Part shown: in pieces, positions 10,249 to 19,155 of the stretch
How positions within the stretch are numbered: the stretch's first letter is position 1
How the letters are laid out: every line of letters begins with the position of its first letter
Source: Escherichia phage MIZ6
Length of the DNA: 64,000 nucleotides
Direction: 5' to 3' (one strand)
Sequence record: OR192075.1
Program-made: the position numbers and the translations under genes
The notes under the pieces: generated by a model
Told to the model about the DNA's origin: nothing
Seen by the model: only the letters and a program-made list of their open reading frames with translations
Databases searched by the model: none

Positions 10249-11718
10249 CTATTCCCCATTACCATTATACTTTCTTTGCTTAGTTATCCACACTCTAACC
10301 ATCTCTACGGATTCACCGTCAGACGGATCAAGAGTTTTTCCTTTTTTCTTCATGCGGTACTTAAATCCGTTAAATCTTGCATTCTCTTGCTCGTTAAAGT
10401 CGAACATCTTTTTAAATGATTTTCGCCCTTTACGCTCACCGCATTCTAGCGGAATCATTCGGTCTGTTATTACATTGGCATTAGGCAGAAACGTTTTTAG
10501 ATAATCCACCAACGCCCAATCAGGAACATATAGATTAACATTCTCCTTGCTCTCGTTGTCTCTCAGGTTACAACGCAAACATAATTGAAATGCTGGTTCC
10601 AGATAATCAGACACATGACGCGCTTTCAAAAACTCGTTTGTTGGGAGATCACAACTATTAGCAAGACCTTTTAAAATATCAATCTCCCATCGTTGAGGGT
10701 TAAAGCTGAACATCACAGCAACATTTTTATGATGAATGTAAGAGTTAAGACCATAAGATCCGTAAGGTATCCGCTCACCAATACCATTTGTGCACGCTTC
10801 ACGGTCCCGATTCACGGTATAAATGAAGTCATCACCACATTCATTTTTAACCATATCAACAAGACGTTCAAAGGTATTGTTTGTTTCTGACTGGTGACGC
10901 GACCATCGTTCGGAGTCCGTCATAAGGATGATGTTAACTCTATCTGTATTTTTATACTCTTTGAAATATAGTCTGGATTCTAGCGCACTCGGAACAAAAT
11001 CGCAATTTGCATAGTATCGTAGATACTTCCCACTATATGTATCAAAGAGATTTGCACATGCTATCGTAACCTTTTTAAAGTCTCCCCACGTACCGTGTTT
11101 GTTATCGTTCAAGAAAACAATTTTCGACCCATTCTTCCGGTGTCCTTCGTTATGTTTTACCATAACGTTGATTTTCTTCTCTAATAACGCCTCATAAAGC
11201 CCTCTAAGAGAAGAATCGATCATATCAGTACCATCCTTTGCACTTTCTATCTTTTCTTTGATAGCGGCCTTCTCAGAGTCTTTTAGAACTAAGTTCTGTA
11301 GGCATTCCGATTCGTCGGCGATTGGTTCGCAATGCTTCGTGATAAGTTCAAGATTAGACTTAAACGGATACTCATTAAATTCAACCAGTTGAGGAACTTC
11401 ATCAATGTAAAGAGCATATTCACCAAACATTTTTGAACGTTCCATATTAGATAACGCTGTATGTGTAATGAATATCACATCAGCACCATCTTTAACTGAT
11501 TGCATTATAGACGCTTGCACTGTCTTAAGGCTTCTTAGTCTTGTGCTATCAATCAAGACAGCACGACCGCCCATTCTTTTAAACTTATTGTAAGATTGTT
11601 CACTTAAAACACGAGATGGCGAAGCAATAACCGCTTTTTCTTTTGTCTCTAGGACGTGGGAAAGTATAGCATCAGTTTTCCCCGCCGCTGGCAATGCGAT
11701 TAATGTTTCAATCTTCAT
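10249..11718 (-). CDS. P-loop NTPase of unknown function (helicase-like N-terminal motifs, Cys-containing C-terminal half)
   Basis: 489 aa; deviant Walker A LPAAGKT near the N-terminus, ASPSRVL (motif Ia-like), hhhhDE at YIDEVPQ; C-terminal half has no recognisable domain. No T4 counterpart recognised; lies between gene 55 and nrdH. Confidence 0.55.
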   Translation of the reverse strand: MKIETLIALPAAGKTDAILSHVLETKEKAVIASPSRVLSEQSYNKFKRMGGRAVLIDSTRLRSLKTVQASIMQSVKDGADVIFITHTALSNMERSKMFGEYALYIDEVPQLVEFNEYPFKSNLELITKHCEPIADESECLQNLVLKDSEKAAIKEKIESAKDGTDMIDSSLRGLYEALLEKKINVMVKHNEGHRKNGSKIVFLNDNKHGTWGDFKKVTIACANLFDTYSGKYLRYYANCDFVPSALESRLYFKEYKNTDRVNIILMTDSERWSRHQSETNNTFERLVDMVKNECGDDFIYTVNRDREACTNGIGERIPYGSYGLNSYIHHKNVAVMFSFNPQRWEIDILKGLANSCDLPTNEFLKARHVSDYLEPAFQLCLRCNLRDNESKENVNLYVPDWALVDYLKTFLPNANVITDRMIPLECGERKGRKSFKKMFDFNEQENARFNGFKYRMKKKGKTLDPSDGESVEMVRVWITKQRKYNGNGE

Positions 11719-12023
11719 TAGAAACCCTTACGTCGTGCTTTCTGGCATTTCTTGATCATTTTATCAGAAATTTCGCGCTTAGGTGCAATCTCTTTCACAC
11801 CGAAAGCACTAATGCCAAATTCAGAGAGAATATATTCAACTAACAATTCACGCACACGCGCTTTACCGATATTCACGCCGTTATTTTTCAGATATGTCTG
11901 GCCTTCGACTTGCATCAGATCTAAATCAGCGTCGGTAATATTGATTTCTTCCATGCGCCCAAATCGAGAGTAAACCATGTGTGCGATTGTATTGTGTACT
12001 AACATAATATATTCCTCACTCAA
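11718..12023 (-). CDS. hypothetical protein
   Basis: 101 aa; its stop overlaps the start of the NTPase gene (translational coupling). Confidence 0.4.
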   Translation of the reverse strand: MSEEYIMLVHNTIAHMVYSRFGRMEEINITDADLDLMQVEGQTYLKNNGVNIGKARVRELLVEYILSEFGISAFGVKEIAPKREISDKMIKKCQKARRKGF

Positions 12024-12026
12024 GAA

Positions 12027-12134
12027 TTACTTAATGATACTTACTTTACCAGATCCGTGACAATGAGCGCAACACCCATCACCACGCAATCCTGTTCCGT
12101 TACAGTGTTTACACTTCTTCAACGGTAAAGCCAT
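12027..12134 (-). CDS. candidate small Cys-rich peptide (35 aa, zinc-ribbon-like)
   Basis: Hand-translated minus-strand ORF MALPLKKCKHCNGTGLRGDGCCAHCHGSGKVSIIK in the 150-bp gap between nrdH and the next gene; below the ORF-track size cutoff; weak RBS. Confidence 0.25.
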   Translation of the reverse strand: MALPLKKCKHCNGTGLRGDGCCAHCHGSGKVSIIK

Positions 12135-12174
12135 TATAACAAATAAAGCAATAATGAACACCGAAACTAAATTC

Positions 12175-12444
12175 TCAATAATCATAAATCGCCCTCAGTT
12201 CTTTATAGCCTCCAATGTGCTCGTTGTTAATGAATATCTGGGGGTATACAAACCGGAGGCTCTTTGAGTTCAGCCTCCCCGCCAGTTCTTCAATCATATC
12301 ACGGTCGGGAATAATGTCAACCCCGACCTGCTTGAATACTGGTTTAAGTGTATACGGAATACCCAGATCATCCAGTAGCTTCATTGCACTAATACAACCA
12401 TAACAATGATAAGCCTCTTTCGGTATGCCGTATATCTCGATCAT
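12175..12444 (-). CDS. nrdH: glutaredoxin-like protein (NrdH-type)
   Basis: 89 aa; CYGC redox motif near the N-terminus and C-terminal YPQIFINNEHIGGY typical of the glutaredoxin/thioredoxin fold. Confidence 0.7.
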   Translation of the reverse strand: MIEIYGIPKEAYHCYGCISAMKLLDDLGIPYTLKPVFKQVGVDIIPDRDMIEELAGRLNSKSLRFVYPQIFINNEHIGGYKELRAIYDY

Positions 12445-12941
12445 TTCTCAGCCTTTAATCTTTCTAGTTCTTCTTCCAGTTCCTTGATCCGTTGGTCACG
12501 TTCAAAGTCACGTTGTAGCTTAGTGGCAAATACCCGCTTAAACTGATTGTAATCATCGATTTTAAACACTTCTTCTTCGCCATAGCGACGTACAGAAACT
12601 TCGTAGTTATTGAAGAATTGTTGCATCATTGCTTCGGATGATAGTTCTGCTGATACTACTTTAAAATATTGATCTTCTGTAGGCGAAAACCAATTACAAG
12701 CATAAAGATAAACCTTTTCATTGTCTGGGCACTGGTAAGCCTTACCATCGATTTCAATCACAGAAACATATTCAGGTATAGTAGATGAATCAATAGCTAA
12801 GACTTTAAACTGACGGTCCCCGATAAACTCAGAGATCACACGATTCGCATCACTGGTTGCAAAGGCTTTACGCGCTTGTTCGCTTTTCCACTGATAGGTC
12901 ATACCAACAACAAACATATTACCAACCTCGCTCTTTACCAA
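12441..12941 (-). CDS. repeat-domain family protein (single domain, coiled-coil tail)
   Basis: 166 aa; shares the GxTYxWK...F(K/T)V..(I/V)(E/D)..G...F(F/K)xV pattern with the neighbouring paralogues; C-terminal ELEEELERLKAEK. Confidence 0.5.
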   Translation of the reverse strand: MVKSEVGNMFVVGMTYQWKSEQARKAFATSDANRVISEFIGDRQFKVLAIDSSTIPEYVSVIEIDGKAYQCPDNEKVYLYACNWFSPTEDQYFKVVSAELSSEAMMQQFFNNYEVSVRRYGEEEVFKIDDYNQFKRVFATKLQRDFERDQRIKELEEELERLKAEK

Positions 12942-13743
12942 TCAAAAATTCAACTTCACGACGTTTAATGTCTTCTTGAAGGTCTTTAATCTTCTGGCGA
13001 TCTTGCATGATTTCGTCCATTTTGTCAAGTGCTGCAATAAAATCATCGAAACGTTCAAAGGTTTTACCTTCATTTGCTTCGCCAAATTTAACCATAGTCA
13101 GACCGTAACGACTACTAAACAGACGTTTCAACTGTCCAACGATCTTAGAATCAGTGGTTATAACTTCCAATTCTTCTACTTCTTGAAAGAATTTTCTATC
13201 AGAATCAATAAACCAGCTAGTTCCTTTATGGTTGCTATCTTCGGTTGCACTCATTAGAGTATGGTCTTTACCATCAATTTCAATTACATCAATTTGCCCA
13301 CATGGACGAACATTTTTAACAGTAAAAGGTCTATAATTTATTGCTCGTGCAATAACATAATTAAGGTTAGATACGTTTTCAGCATAATGGCAGAAGTCGG
13401 TCATAGCATTCGCATCTTTCCAAGTATAAGTTTTACCAACTTCCCATTTCTGGGGAACTTCTTCAACTTCACGAAAGAATTTTCTATCGAATGGACTAAA
13501 GAAATATGTTGCCGTCCAAATGTCTTTTCCTGTAGCAGTTTTCGCCGTATGATAAACACCGTCTAGCTCTATTGCATTAATCCAACCATTACCCTCGATC
13601 TCGATGATGGTAAATGGCTTGTCACCAATAGCTGCACTAATATCGCTATTAAGTGGAGAAAGAACACCTTCTCCGTTAGTAATAAACTCAGTTTTAGCGT
13701 TTACATCTTTCCAGGTGTAAGTTTTACCAATTTCCCATTTCAT
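12919..13743 (-). CDS. repeat-domain family protein with internal tandem duplication
   Basis: 274 aa; MKWEIGKTYTWKDVNAKTEF...FFREVEEV followed by KWEVGKTYTWKDANAMTDF...FFQEVEEL, i.e. two copies of the same roughly 98-aa domain. Confidence 0.5.
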   Translation of the reverse strand: MKWEIGKTYTWKDVNAKTEFITNGEGVLSPLNSDISAAIGDKPFTIIEIEGNGWINAIELDGVYHTAKTATGKDIWTATYFFSPFDRKFFREVEEVPQKWEVGKTYTWKDANAMTDFCHYAENVSNLNYVIARAINYRPFTVKNVRPCGQIDVIEIDGKDHTLMSATEDSNHKGTSWFIDSDRKFFQEVEELEVITTDSKIVGQLKRLFSSRYGLTMVKFGEANEGKTFERFDDFIAALDKMDEIMQDRQKIKDLQEDIKRREVEFLIGKERGW

Positions 13744-13755
13744 AATATATTCCCC

Positions 13756-14241
13756 TTAACCGATTTTATCAAGTTCGTTTAATGCTTTCTCTGCTTCCTG
13801 TATAGCTTGCACCCTTTCCGGCATTTTGTCAAGAAAATCTTTCAACTCTTCAAAACTGGAGATATGACGCAAGGCATTAGCACCGATAGCCGCATGTGAT
13901 TTGCATTCAAAGCGAATTTTATAATTATCCATAGCCAATTTGAGAAGATCAATTAGATCATATTCACGACCAGGCAATAAAACTTCTTTGAAGCACGCTC
14001 GGTCGCCATCGGAAAACCATATATTATCGCCAACATCGATAGAACTAATATAATCCCCTTCGTGATTATAGATTGAACGTACATTACCCCAACGGTCTAC
14101 AGTAGCGACAGTAAATGGTTTATCTAGATATGTAAACACACCATCAATATTAGGTTTTTGTTCGTAACGCCAACAATCACGCAAAATACGCTTTTCGTAC
14201 TCACCAACCAACTTATATGTCTTCCCTTCTTCCCATTTCAT
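13756..14241 (-). CDS. repeat-domain family protein
   Basis: Starts MKWEEGKTYKL (internal Met of the listed ORF); same domain pattern; C-terminal helical tail. Confidence 0.45.
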   Translation of the reverse strand: MKWEEGKTYKLVGEYEKRILRDCWRYEQKPNIDGVFTYLDKPFTVATVDRWGNVRSIYNHEGDYISSIDVGDNIWFSDGDRACFKEVLLPGREYDLIDLLKLAMDNYKIRFECKSHAAIGANALRHISSFEELKDFLDKMPERVQAIQEAEKALNELDKIG

Positions 14242-14245
14242 AATA

Positions 14246-14773
14246 TCATCTCTCATTTTTGATATGTGATTCTAATTGGATCATACGGTCGCGCGTTTGC
14301 TTATATTCTCGGATAGCACCGATCCGGCTAGGCATACCATCCAGTACGCTCTTAATCCCTTCTAGGGTAGTGATTTTAGCAATACTATTATGCAATCCCA
14401 TCTTATCGATTAACTGAATGTCGTAGGCTTCCATAAGCAGACCCAGACGTTCTAAAGTTAGGTCTTCTTCTTTTTCTTCCGATTCTGGAATCTTAGGTTC
14501 AATAGTAACTTCGGTAAAGAAACGACGCTCGCCCGACCAAAACCACACACCGGAACAGCCAATAGGGGATTCTTTTAACGTCATAGAGTCGTAACCGCTG
14601 CCGATAATAGTAATTTCTCTAACATCACCATCATCGTCAATGTCTTCTACCCTAAACGGGCGACCAGCCAACAAGTCAACAATACATCTGTTAATAGACG
14701 ACGAAAATTTAGTCAGTTCGGCTTTCGACGCTTCGCATTCAATCTTGTAAGTTTTACCAACTTCCCATTCCAT
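14246..14773 (-). CDS. repeat-domain family protein
   Basis: Starts MEWEVGKTYKI; same domain pattern, acidic linker, helical tail. Confidence 0.45.
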   Translation of the reverse strand: MEWEVGKTYKIECEASKAELTKFSSSINRCIVDLLAGRPFRVEDIDDDGDVREITIIGSGYDSMTLKESPIGCSGVWFWSGERRFFTEVTIEPKIPESEEKEEDLTLERLGLLMEAYDIQLIDKMGLHNSIAKITTLEGIKSVLDGMPSRIGAIREYKQTRDRMIQLESHIKNER

Positions 14774-14783
14774 AATAATCACC

Positions 14784-15293
14784 TCAAATAATTTTCACTG
14801 GAATACTATTAACAATCTTGTATTGTACTTGATTGTCAGACCCCCGCCACGGCTTCTTCGTTGGCATATCTTTAATATAACGACCATCGATGAACATGTC
14901 AACTGATTCTACAATTTTTCTTTGCTCATCATTCAATTGGTCAAGGGTATAACCAGACCATAGCCAAATATCTTTATTTGGCATCCATGATTTTACTTCA
15001 TCGATGATCCGCTGTACACCCTTTAAATTGCGTTTATACAGTGGATCGCCACCTAAGAATGTTAGCCCCTGAATAAAATCAGGTCTAAGCAGATCCAGAA
15101 TCAATCCCATTGTATCATCGGTGAATGGTTCCCCGTTCTTAGGATTGAGTATACTGGAATTAAAGCAACCATCACATGCGTGTGAACATCCGGTAACGTA
15201 AAGGGAGACTCTCACTCCCTCACCGTTAACCATATCACAATCTTTAATATCGGCATAGCGTAGTTTGCCGTATGTATCAGAACTCATATTCAA
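14784..15293 (-). CDS. nrdG: anaerobic ribonucleotide reductase activating protein (radical SAM)
   Basis: 169 aa; radical-SAM cysteine triad CSHACDGC with GGDPL glycine-rich motif; same locus as T4 nrdG. Confidence 0.85.
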   Translation of the reverse strand: MNMSSDTYGKLRYADIKDCDMVNGEGVRVSLYVTGCSHACDGCFNSSILNPKNGEPFTDDTMGLILDLLRPDFIQGLTFLGGDPLYKRNLKGVQRIIDEVKSWMPNKDIWLWSGYTLDQLNDEQRKIVESVDMFIDGRYIKDMPTKKPWRGSDNQVQYKIVNSIPVKII

Positions 15294-15429
15294 TTACCCC
15301 GAACTCGTTTACAATCTGCGCTTTATAGTAACCACCGCGAGATGCTAATAGATAAGCTGGGCTTAGGTATTCGTATTCACGGATTTCTACTTGTGCGTTT
15401 TCAGTTTCCCAAATCAGTAAAGTCCACAT
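15277..15429 (-). CDS. small hypothetical protein
   Basis: Start reassigned to the Met preceded by GGAGAATCAAAT, downstream of the promoter at 15472-15500; the listed 75-aa ORF would read through that promoter. Confidence 0.35.
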   Translation of the reverse strand: MWTLLIWETENAQVEIREYEYLSPAYLLASRGGYYKAQIVNEFGVIEYEF

Positions 15430-15471
15430 ATTTGATTCTCCTGTAAAGTTGTATCTCGTCTTGATGAATAT

Positions 15472-15500
15472 AGTATAGGGGATCTCGCGATCCCCGTCAA
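15472..15500 (-). promoter_or_regulatory. early-type sigma70 promoter with palindromic spacer
   Basis: Minus-strand TTGACG, 17-bp spacer GGGATCGCGAGATCCCC (perfect palindrome), TATACT; RBS GGAGAATCAAAT follows. Confidence 0.55.
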
Positions 15501-15504
15501 GCAT

Positions 15505-16053
15505 TTATTTTAAATTTTTTCGAATGTATTCAGACCATTCCTTCCCTGTCATTTCGGACCCGTTCTGGAAACTGAAATATTCATACGGCATCGAGTCAAG
15601 ATAAAACAGGATCATACATCGCGCCATATAATACCAATCACGATTAAAGTAAACTACGTTATCACCAGTACCATCAACCCCTTTATCATAACCATCGCGG
15701 GTACGGGCGACCCATTGAATAGTATCATTTTTCTCGCGGATCGTAACAGGTTCCCAATATCCAGCACATCCAGCATGACCACACGAACAAGTCAGGAAAT
15801 ATTGACCTTTTGCTTTGTTGTCATCCCATTCACGATGGATTGGTTCGATCTCGTGAAACAGTGCTAAGCAATCATGATTATGCAACACTGGCTTACCATC
15901 AATCAATGCATGGAATGTATACAAACGACCAGTAGACAAATAGCTATCCTCACGCTCAACCAGTTCAATAGCAATCTTTTTAGCTCGTTCTTTGTGTCGT
16001 TGTGCTTTACGCTTACGGTTTAATGATTTCATATTCACCTCACACATTATCAA
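15505..16053 (-). CDS. hypothetical protein (Cys/His-rich segment LTCSCGHAGCAGYW)
   Basis: 182 aa ORF between nrdD and nrdG (the locus where T4 carries mobE); basic N-terminus. Confidence 0.4.
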   Translation of the reverse strand: MIMCEVNMKSLNRKRKAQRHKERAKKIAIELVEREDSYLSTGRLYTFHALIDGKPVLHNHDCLALFHEIEPIHREWDDNKAKGQYFLTCSCGHAGCAGYWEPVTIREKNDTIQWVARTRDGYDKGVDGTGDNVVYFNRDWYYMARCMILFYLDSMPYEYFSFQNGSEMTGKEWSEYIRKNLK

Positions 16054-16460
16054 AGGTCGCGATATAGTACATTATGAAAATGAGAACTTGCATTACCAAT
16101 ATTGTAGATAATAAATTCTTCATCCGGCGCTTGCGCTACAAATTGAGTATGAGCAACCGCCACAACCTTAAAAATACGATCCGTGATCTTGTGTTTAATT
16201 TCTGCTCCTACTTCCATAGGAACATATTCATGTGTTTCTGTTTCAGTCGCAAAACAGCCATCTTCTTCATAAGCACGAACAAATCGATCGCAATCAGTAC
16301 GCTTAACAAATTCAAGAGTATATAATTCTCGTGAATTGTCGGTATAGACCAACACAGAATTATTCTGATAGCGAATCACATACAGGTTATTATCATCGTC
16401 AATTACGCAAAAGCTACGGATTTGTGTTCCTTCGCCTTTACTCCAGCAGATATTAACCAC
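16050..16460 (-). CDS. hypothetical protein
   Basis: 136 aa ORF, stop overlaps the next start. Confidence 0.4.
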   Translation of the reverse strand: MVNICWSKGEGTQIRSFCVIDDDNNLYVIRYQNNSVLVYTDNSRELYTLEFVKRTDCDRFVRAYEEDGCFATETETHEYVPMEVGAEIKHKITDRIFKVVAVAHTQFVAQAPDEEFIIYNIGNASSHFHNVLYRDL

Positions 16461-16594
16461 CGTTCCTCTAATAAAAAACTTTCCTTTAAATTAAAACTAG
16501 ACAATGTGCTAGCGTGCATTTTCACAACAACACCATCGCCAATTTCCAGTTTACGAAGTTTAACTTCTTTGCTCAGTACACAAAACATCATCAT
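16403..16594 (-). CDS. small hypothetical protein
   Basis: 63 aa ORF immediately downstream of the promoter at 16624-16652 and an RBS. Confidence 0.3.
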   Translation of the reverse strand: MMMFCVLSKEVKLRKLEIGDGVVVKMHASTLSSFNLKESFLLEERWLISAGVKAKEHKSVAFA

Positions 16595-16623
16595 GTTGTC
16601 CTCTCGTTGTTTTCGATGTGAGC

Positions 16624-16652
16624 ATTATACATTAGCTAATCATGTTGTCAAC
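16624..16652 (-). promoter_or_regulatory. early-type sigma70 promoter
   Basis: Minus-strand TTGACA, 17 bp, TATAAT, then CACATCGAAAAC leader and RBS. Confidence 0.6.
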
Positions 16653-16654
16653 AC

Positions 16655-16688
16655 CCCAAAACGAAAAAGCCGACCCTTTCGGATCGGC
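16655..16688 (-). terminator. rho-independent terminator after nrdD
   Basis: Minus-strand hairpin AGCCGATCCgaaaGGGTCGGCT followed by TTTTTCGTTTT. Confidence 0.6.
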
Positions 16689-16694
16689 TGAAAA

Positions 16695-18557
16695 TTACAT
16701 GTGCTTAACGCGGTTTACCATCTCGGAGTGTTTCCCGTGGTTGAATGGACGCAGATCAACAGATCCAAGATATCCACTAACGCGACGGATAACATTCATC
16801 TTTTCCAGATTGTCATTGCCGCAATCAGGGCAAACAAAACCAGACTCGGTCGCTCTCATTTCCTTAGTAGATCCGCATACATGACATACATCAGAAGGAG
16901 TATTAACACCGAAGTAGTGCAATTTATCCATTGCATAGTCTACTACAGTTTCAAGACCTTTCAGGTTGTTTTTCATGTCTGGGAACTCAACATAAGAGAT
17001 CATGCCCCCGGACGCCAGCCAGTGATAATCTTTCTCAAAGTCGATTTTCTCAAATGGAGTGACTTTCCGGTCTACGTCAAGGTGGAATGAGTTGGTGTAC
17101 CAGTCTTTATCGGTAGCACCCTTAACAATACCAAATTGCTCTCGGTCCAGTCGATTAAATCGATAGCAAAGGCTCTCGGCTGGCGTACCGTAAAGACTAA
17201 ACCCAAGTCCAGTTTCGTCCTTCCATTTTTCAGTATAATGACGCAAGATCTTAAGAATATGTTTACCGTATCGCTGCGCAACTTCCGAATCAAACGGATG
17301 AACACCAAACAGGACGCTCAATACCTCATGTAAACCAATATATCCAAGAGAGATACTAGCGCGACCATCTTTCAGAACTTCCAAAATTTCATCGTTTTGA
17401 TGAATACGGAAAAATGCACCTTCGGTATACAGTACAGGAGCAACATTGGCTTTAGCCCCTTTTAAAGCGTCTACGCGACTCATGAGCGCATCAAAGCAAA
17501 TAGGCATACGATTAGCTAGCTCTTGTTCGAATAGCTCAATTCTGCGCATTACAGACTCTTTACCAGCACGACGAGCGGCAATAAGGGCAATACGCGGAAG
17601 ATTCAGAGTCACAACACCTAAGTTATTACGTCCGTCTAATACTTCCTCGCCTTTCTCATTATGCCACACACCCAGGAAGCTACGACAACCCATCGGGCTA
17701 ACCGGAACACTAGATCCGGTGATACTACGGTTATTCTTTGCAGAGATATAATCAGGGTAAAGACGCTTACTAGAACATTCCAATGCAAGTTGCTTAATGT
17801 CGTAGTTCGGATCTTCCGGTTTAAGGTTTAATCCTTCTTCTAAGAACATCACCAGCTTAGGAAACACCGGAGTGATACCATCTTTACCTAAACCTTTAGT
17901 TCGAACTTTCAGGATCGCTTTCTGAATCAGTTTTTCTTCCCAGCTAGTACCCATACCAAATGTTAAAGTCACAAAAGGTGTTTGACCGTTGGTGGAGAAC
18001 AAAGTGTTGATTTCATATTCCAACGCTTGATACCCGTCTAGCGTTTCTTTTTCTGTCTTCTCTTGTGCATAGAGAGTATCAGCTTTGATTCCGTAGGTTT
18101 CGGCATCAGCAAGGTGTTTATAATATGTTTTCTCAACGTATGGAGCTAACACCTGATCGATGTTTGCAATTGTGGTCCCGCCATATTGATGACTTGCCAC
18201 CTGTGCGATAATTTGAGCGGTTACAGCACAAGCAACACCGATCGATTTAGGACTTTCGATTTGTGCGCTACCCAATTTAAAACCATTCTCTAGCATGTCT
18301 TTTAGATTAACAAGACAGCAGTTAGTAAACGGCATAGCGGGTGCATAATCCATATCATGATAATGAATATCACCGTCTACATGCGCTTTATAGATGTGCT
18401 CAGGTAACACGGTTTTAGCAATCTGTTTAGACACAGCGCCAGCAATCAGATCTCGACGTGTCGGGAATGTTCGCGCGTCTTTGTTCGCGTTCTCTTTGCT
18501 TACTTCGTTTTCTTTACCCGTTGCGATCTCTGTAATGTCTTTGATTAGTTTTTCCAT
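16695..18557 (-). CDS. nrdD: anaerobic ribonucleoside-triphosphate reductase
   Basis: 620 aa; C-terminal glycyl-radical motif RRVSGYLG and Zn-ribbon CHVCG...CPDCG; size and position as T4 nrdD. Confidence 0.92.
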   Translation of the reverse strand: MEKLIKDITEIATGKENEVSKENANKDARTFPTRRDLIAGAVSKQIAKTVLPEHIYKAHVDGDIHYHDMDYAPAMPFTNCCLVNLKDMLENGFKLGSAQIESPKSIGVACAVTAQIIAQVASHQYGGTTIANIDQVLAPYVEKTYYKHLADAETYGIKADTLYAQEKTEKETLDGYQALEYEINTLFSTNGQTPFVTLTFGMGTSWEEKLIQKAILKVRTKGLGKDGITPVFPKLVMFLEEGLNLKPEDPNYDIKQLALECSSKRLYPDYISAKNNRSITGSSVPVSPMGCRSFLGVWHNEKGEEVLDGRNNLGVVTLNLPRIALIAARRAGKESVMRRIELFEQELANRMPICFDALMSRVDALKGAKANVAPVLYTEGAFFRIHQNDEILEVLKDGRASISLGYIGLHEVLSVLFGVHPFDSEVAQRYGKHILKILRHYTEKWKDETGLGFSLYGTPAESLCYRFNRLDREQFGIVKGATDKDWYTNSFHLDVDRKVTPFEKIDFEKDYHWLASGGMISYVEFPDMKNNLKGLETVVDYAMDKLHYFGVNTPSDVCHVCGSTKEMRATESGFVCPDCGNDNLEKMNVIRRVSGYLGSVDLRPFNHGKHSEMVNRVKHM

Positions 18558-18602
18558 TGTATCACCTATGAAAAAGCGGGATTTTCTCCCGCTCGTTGAT
18601 AG

Positions 18603-19097
18603 TTATTTTACCAGTTCTGCTAATTCTTTTTCTTTAGCTTCCAGTTCAGCCTTAAGCTGTTTAATCTCTTGTCGCTTCTTATTAGCGGCTTCTTGCTTAC
18701 TATTTCGGATAACCTGATCTAGATACAACTCCCAATCCTGAATATTTTTGATAATATAACCGTCAACATTAATTGGTCGGATATTTAGTACAGCTTCCAG
18801 TTTAGTCGCAAAAACTTTAATTGCTGGGGTGAAGTATTCATATTCGTTATCTTCAAACCAATAACCTAGACTTGCATTATCAATACGAAGACGAAGTTCA
18901 AGATCAAGGTCTTTATCTTCGGTGTAAAGATCTTTCACCTGACCCAGCGAACTAACAACAACTTTAAAACGAATTTTATCTACACCACCAAACACATCAG
19001 TAAGTATACCAGCAATTGAGCTATTAGCGCAAGATTGGTCGCTGAATGCGTCAAGGTTTTCTTTAGTTACAGTATACCAAACATCTTGTACCCACAT
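18603..19097 (-). CDS. hypothetical protein with C-terminal coiled coil
   Basis: 164 aa; has its own promoter at 19128-19155; C-terminus KQLKAELEAKEKELAELVK. Confidence 0.4.
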   Translation of the reverse strand: MWVQDVWYTVTKENLDAFSDQSCANSSIAGILTDVFGGVDKIRFKVVVSSLGQVKDLYTEDKDLDLELRLRIDNASLGYWFEDNEYEYFTPAIKVFATKLEAVLNIRPINVDGYIIKNIQDWELYLDQVIRNSKQEAANKKRQEIKQLKAELEAKEKELAELVK

Positions 19098-19127
19098 AAT
19101 ATAATCCTCTCGTTGTTAAGTGGGAGT

Positions 19128-19155
19128 ATTATAGCATACTCCCTTCGCATGTCAA
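19128..19155 (-). promoter_or_regulatory. early-type sigma70 promoter with hairpin around the -10
   Basis: Minus-strand TTGACA, 16 bp, TATAAT; -10 lies within inverted repeat GGGAGTAT...ATACTCCC. Confidence 0.55.

Noticed and set aside
13756-14256. ORF-track N-terminal extensions such as MRDDIMKWEEG, MIIMEWEV, MEGEFMLLT and MRGDYMLSVNE
   Set aside because: Alignment with paralogues or T4 homologues and RBS positions favour the internal Met as the true start; the longer versions are artefacts of taking the longest ORF.
16701-17090. Plus-strand 129-aa ORF
   Set aside because: Antisense to nrdD; no RBS or promoter.
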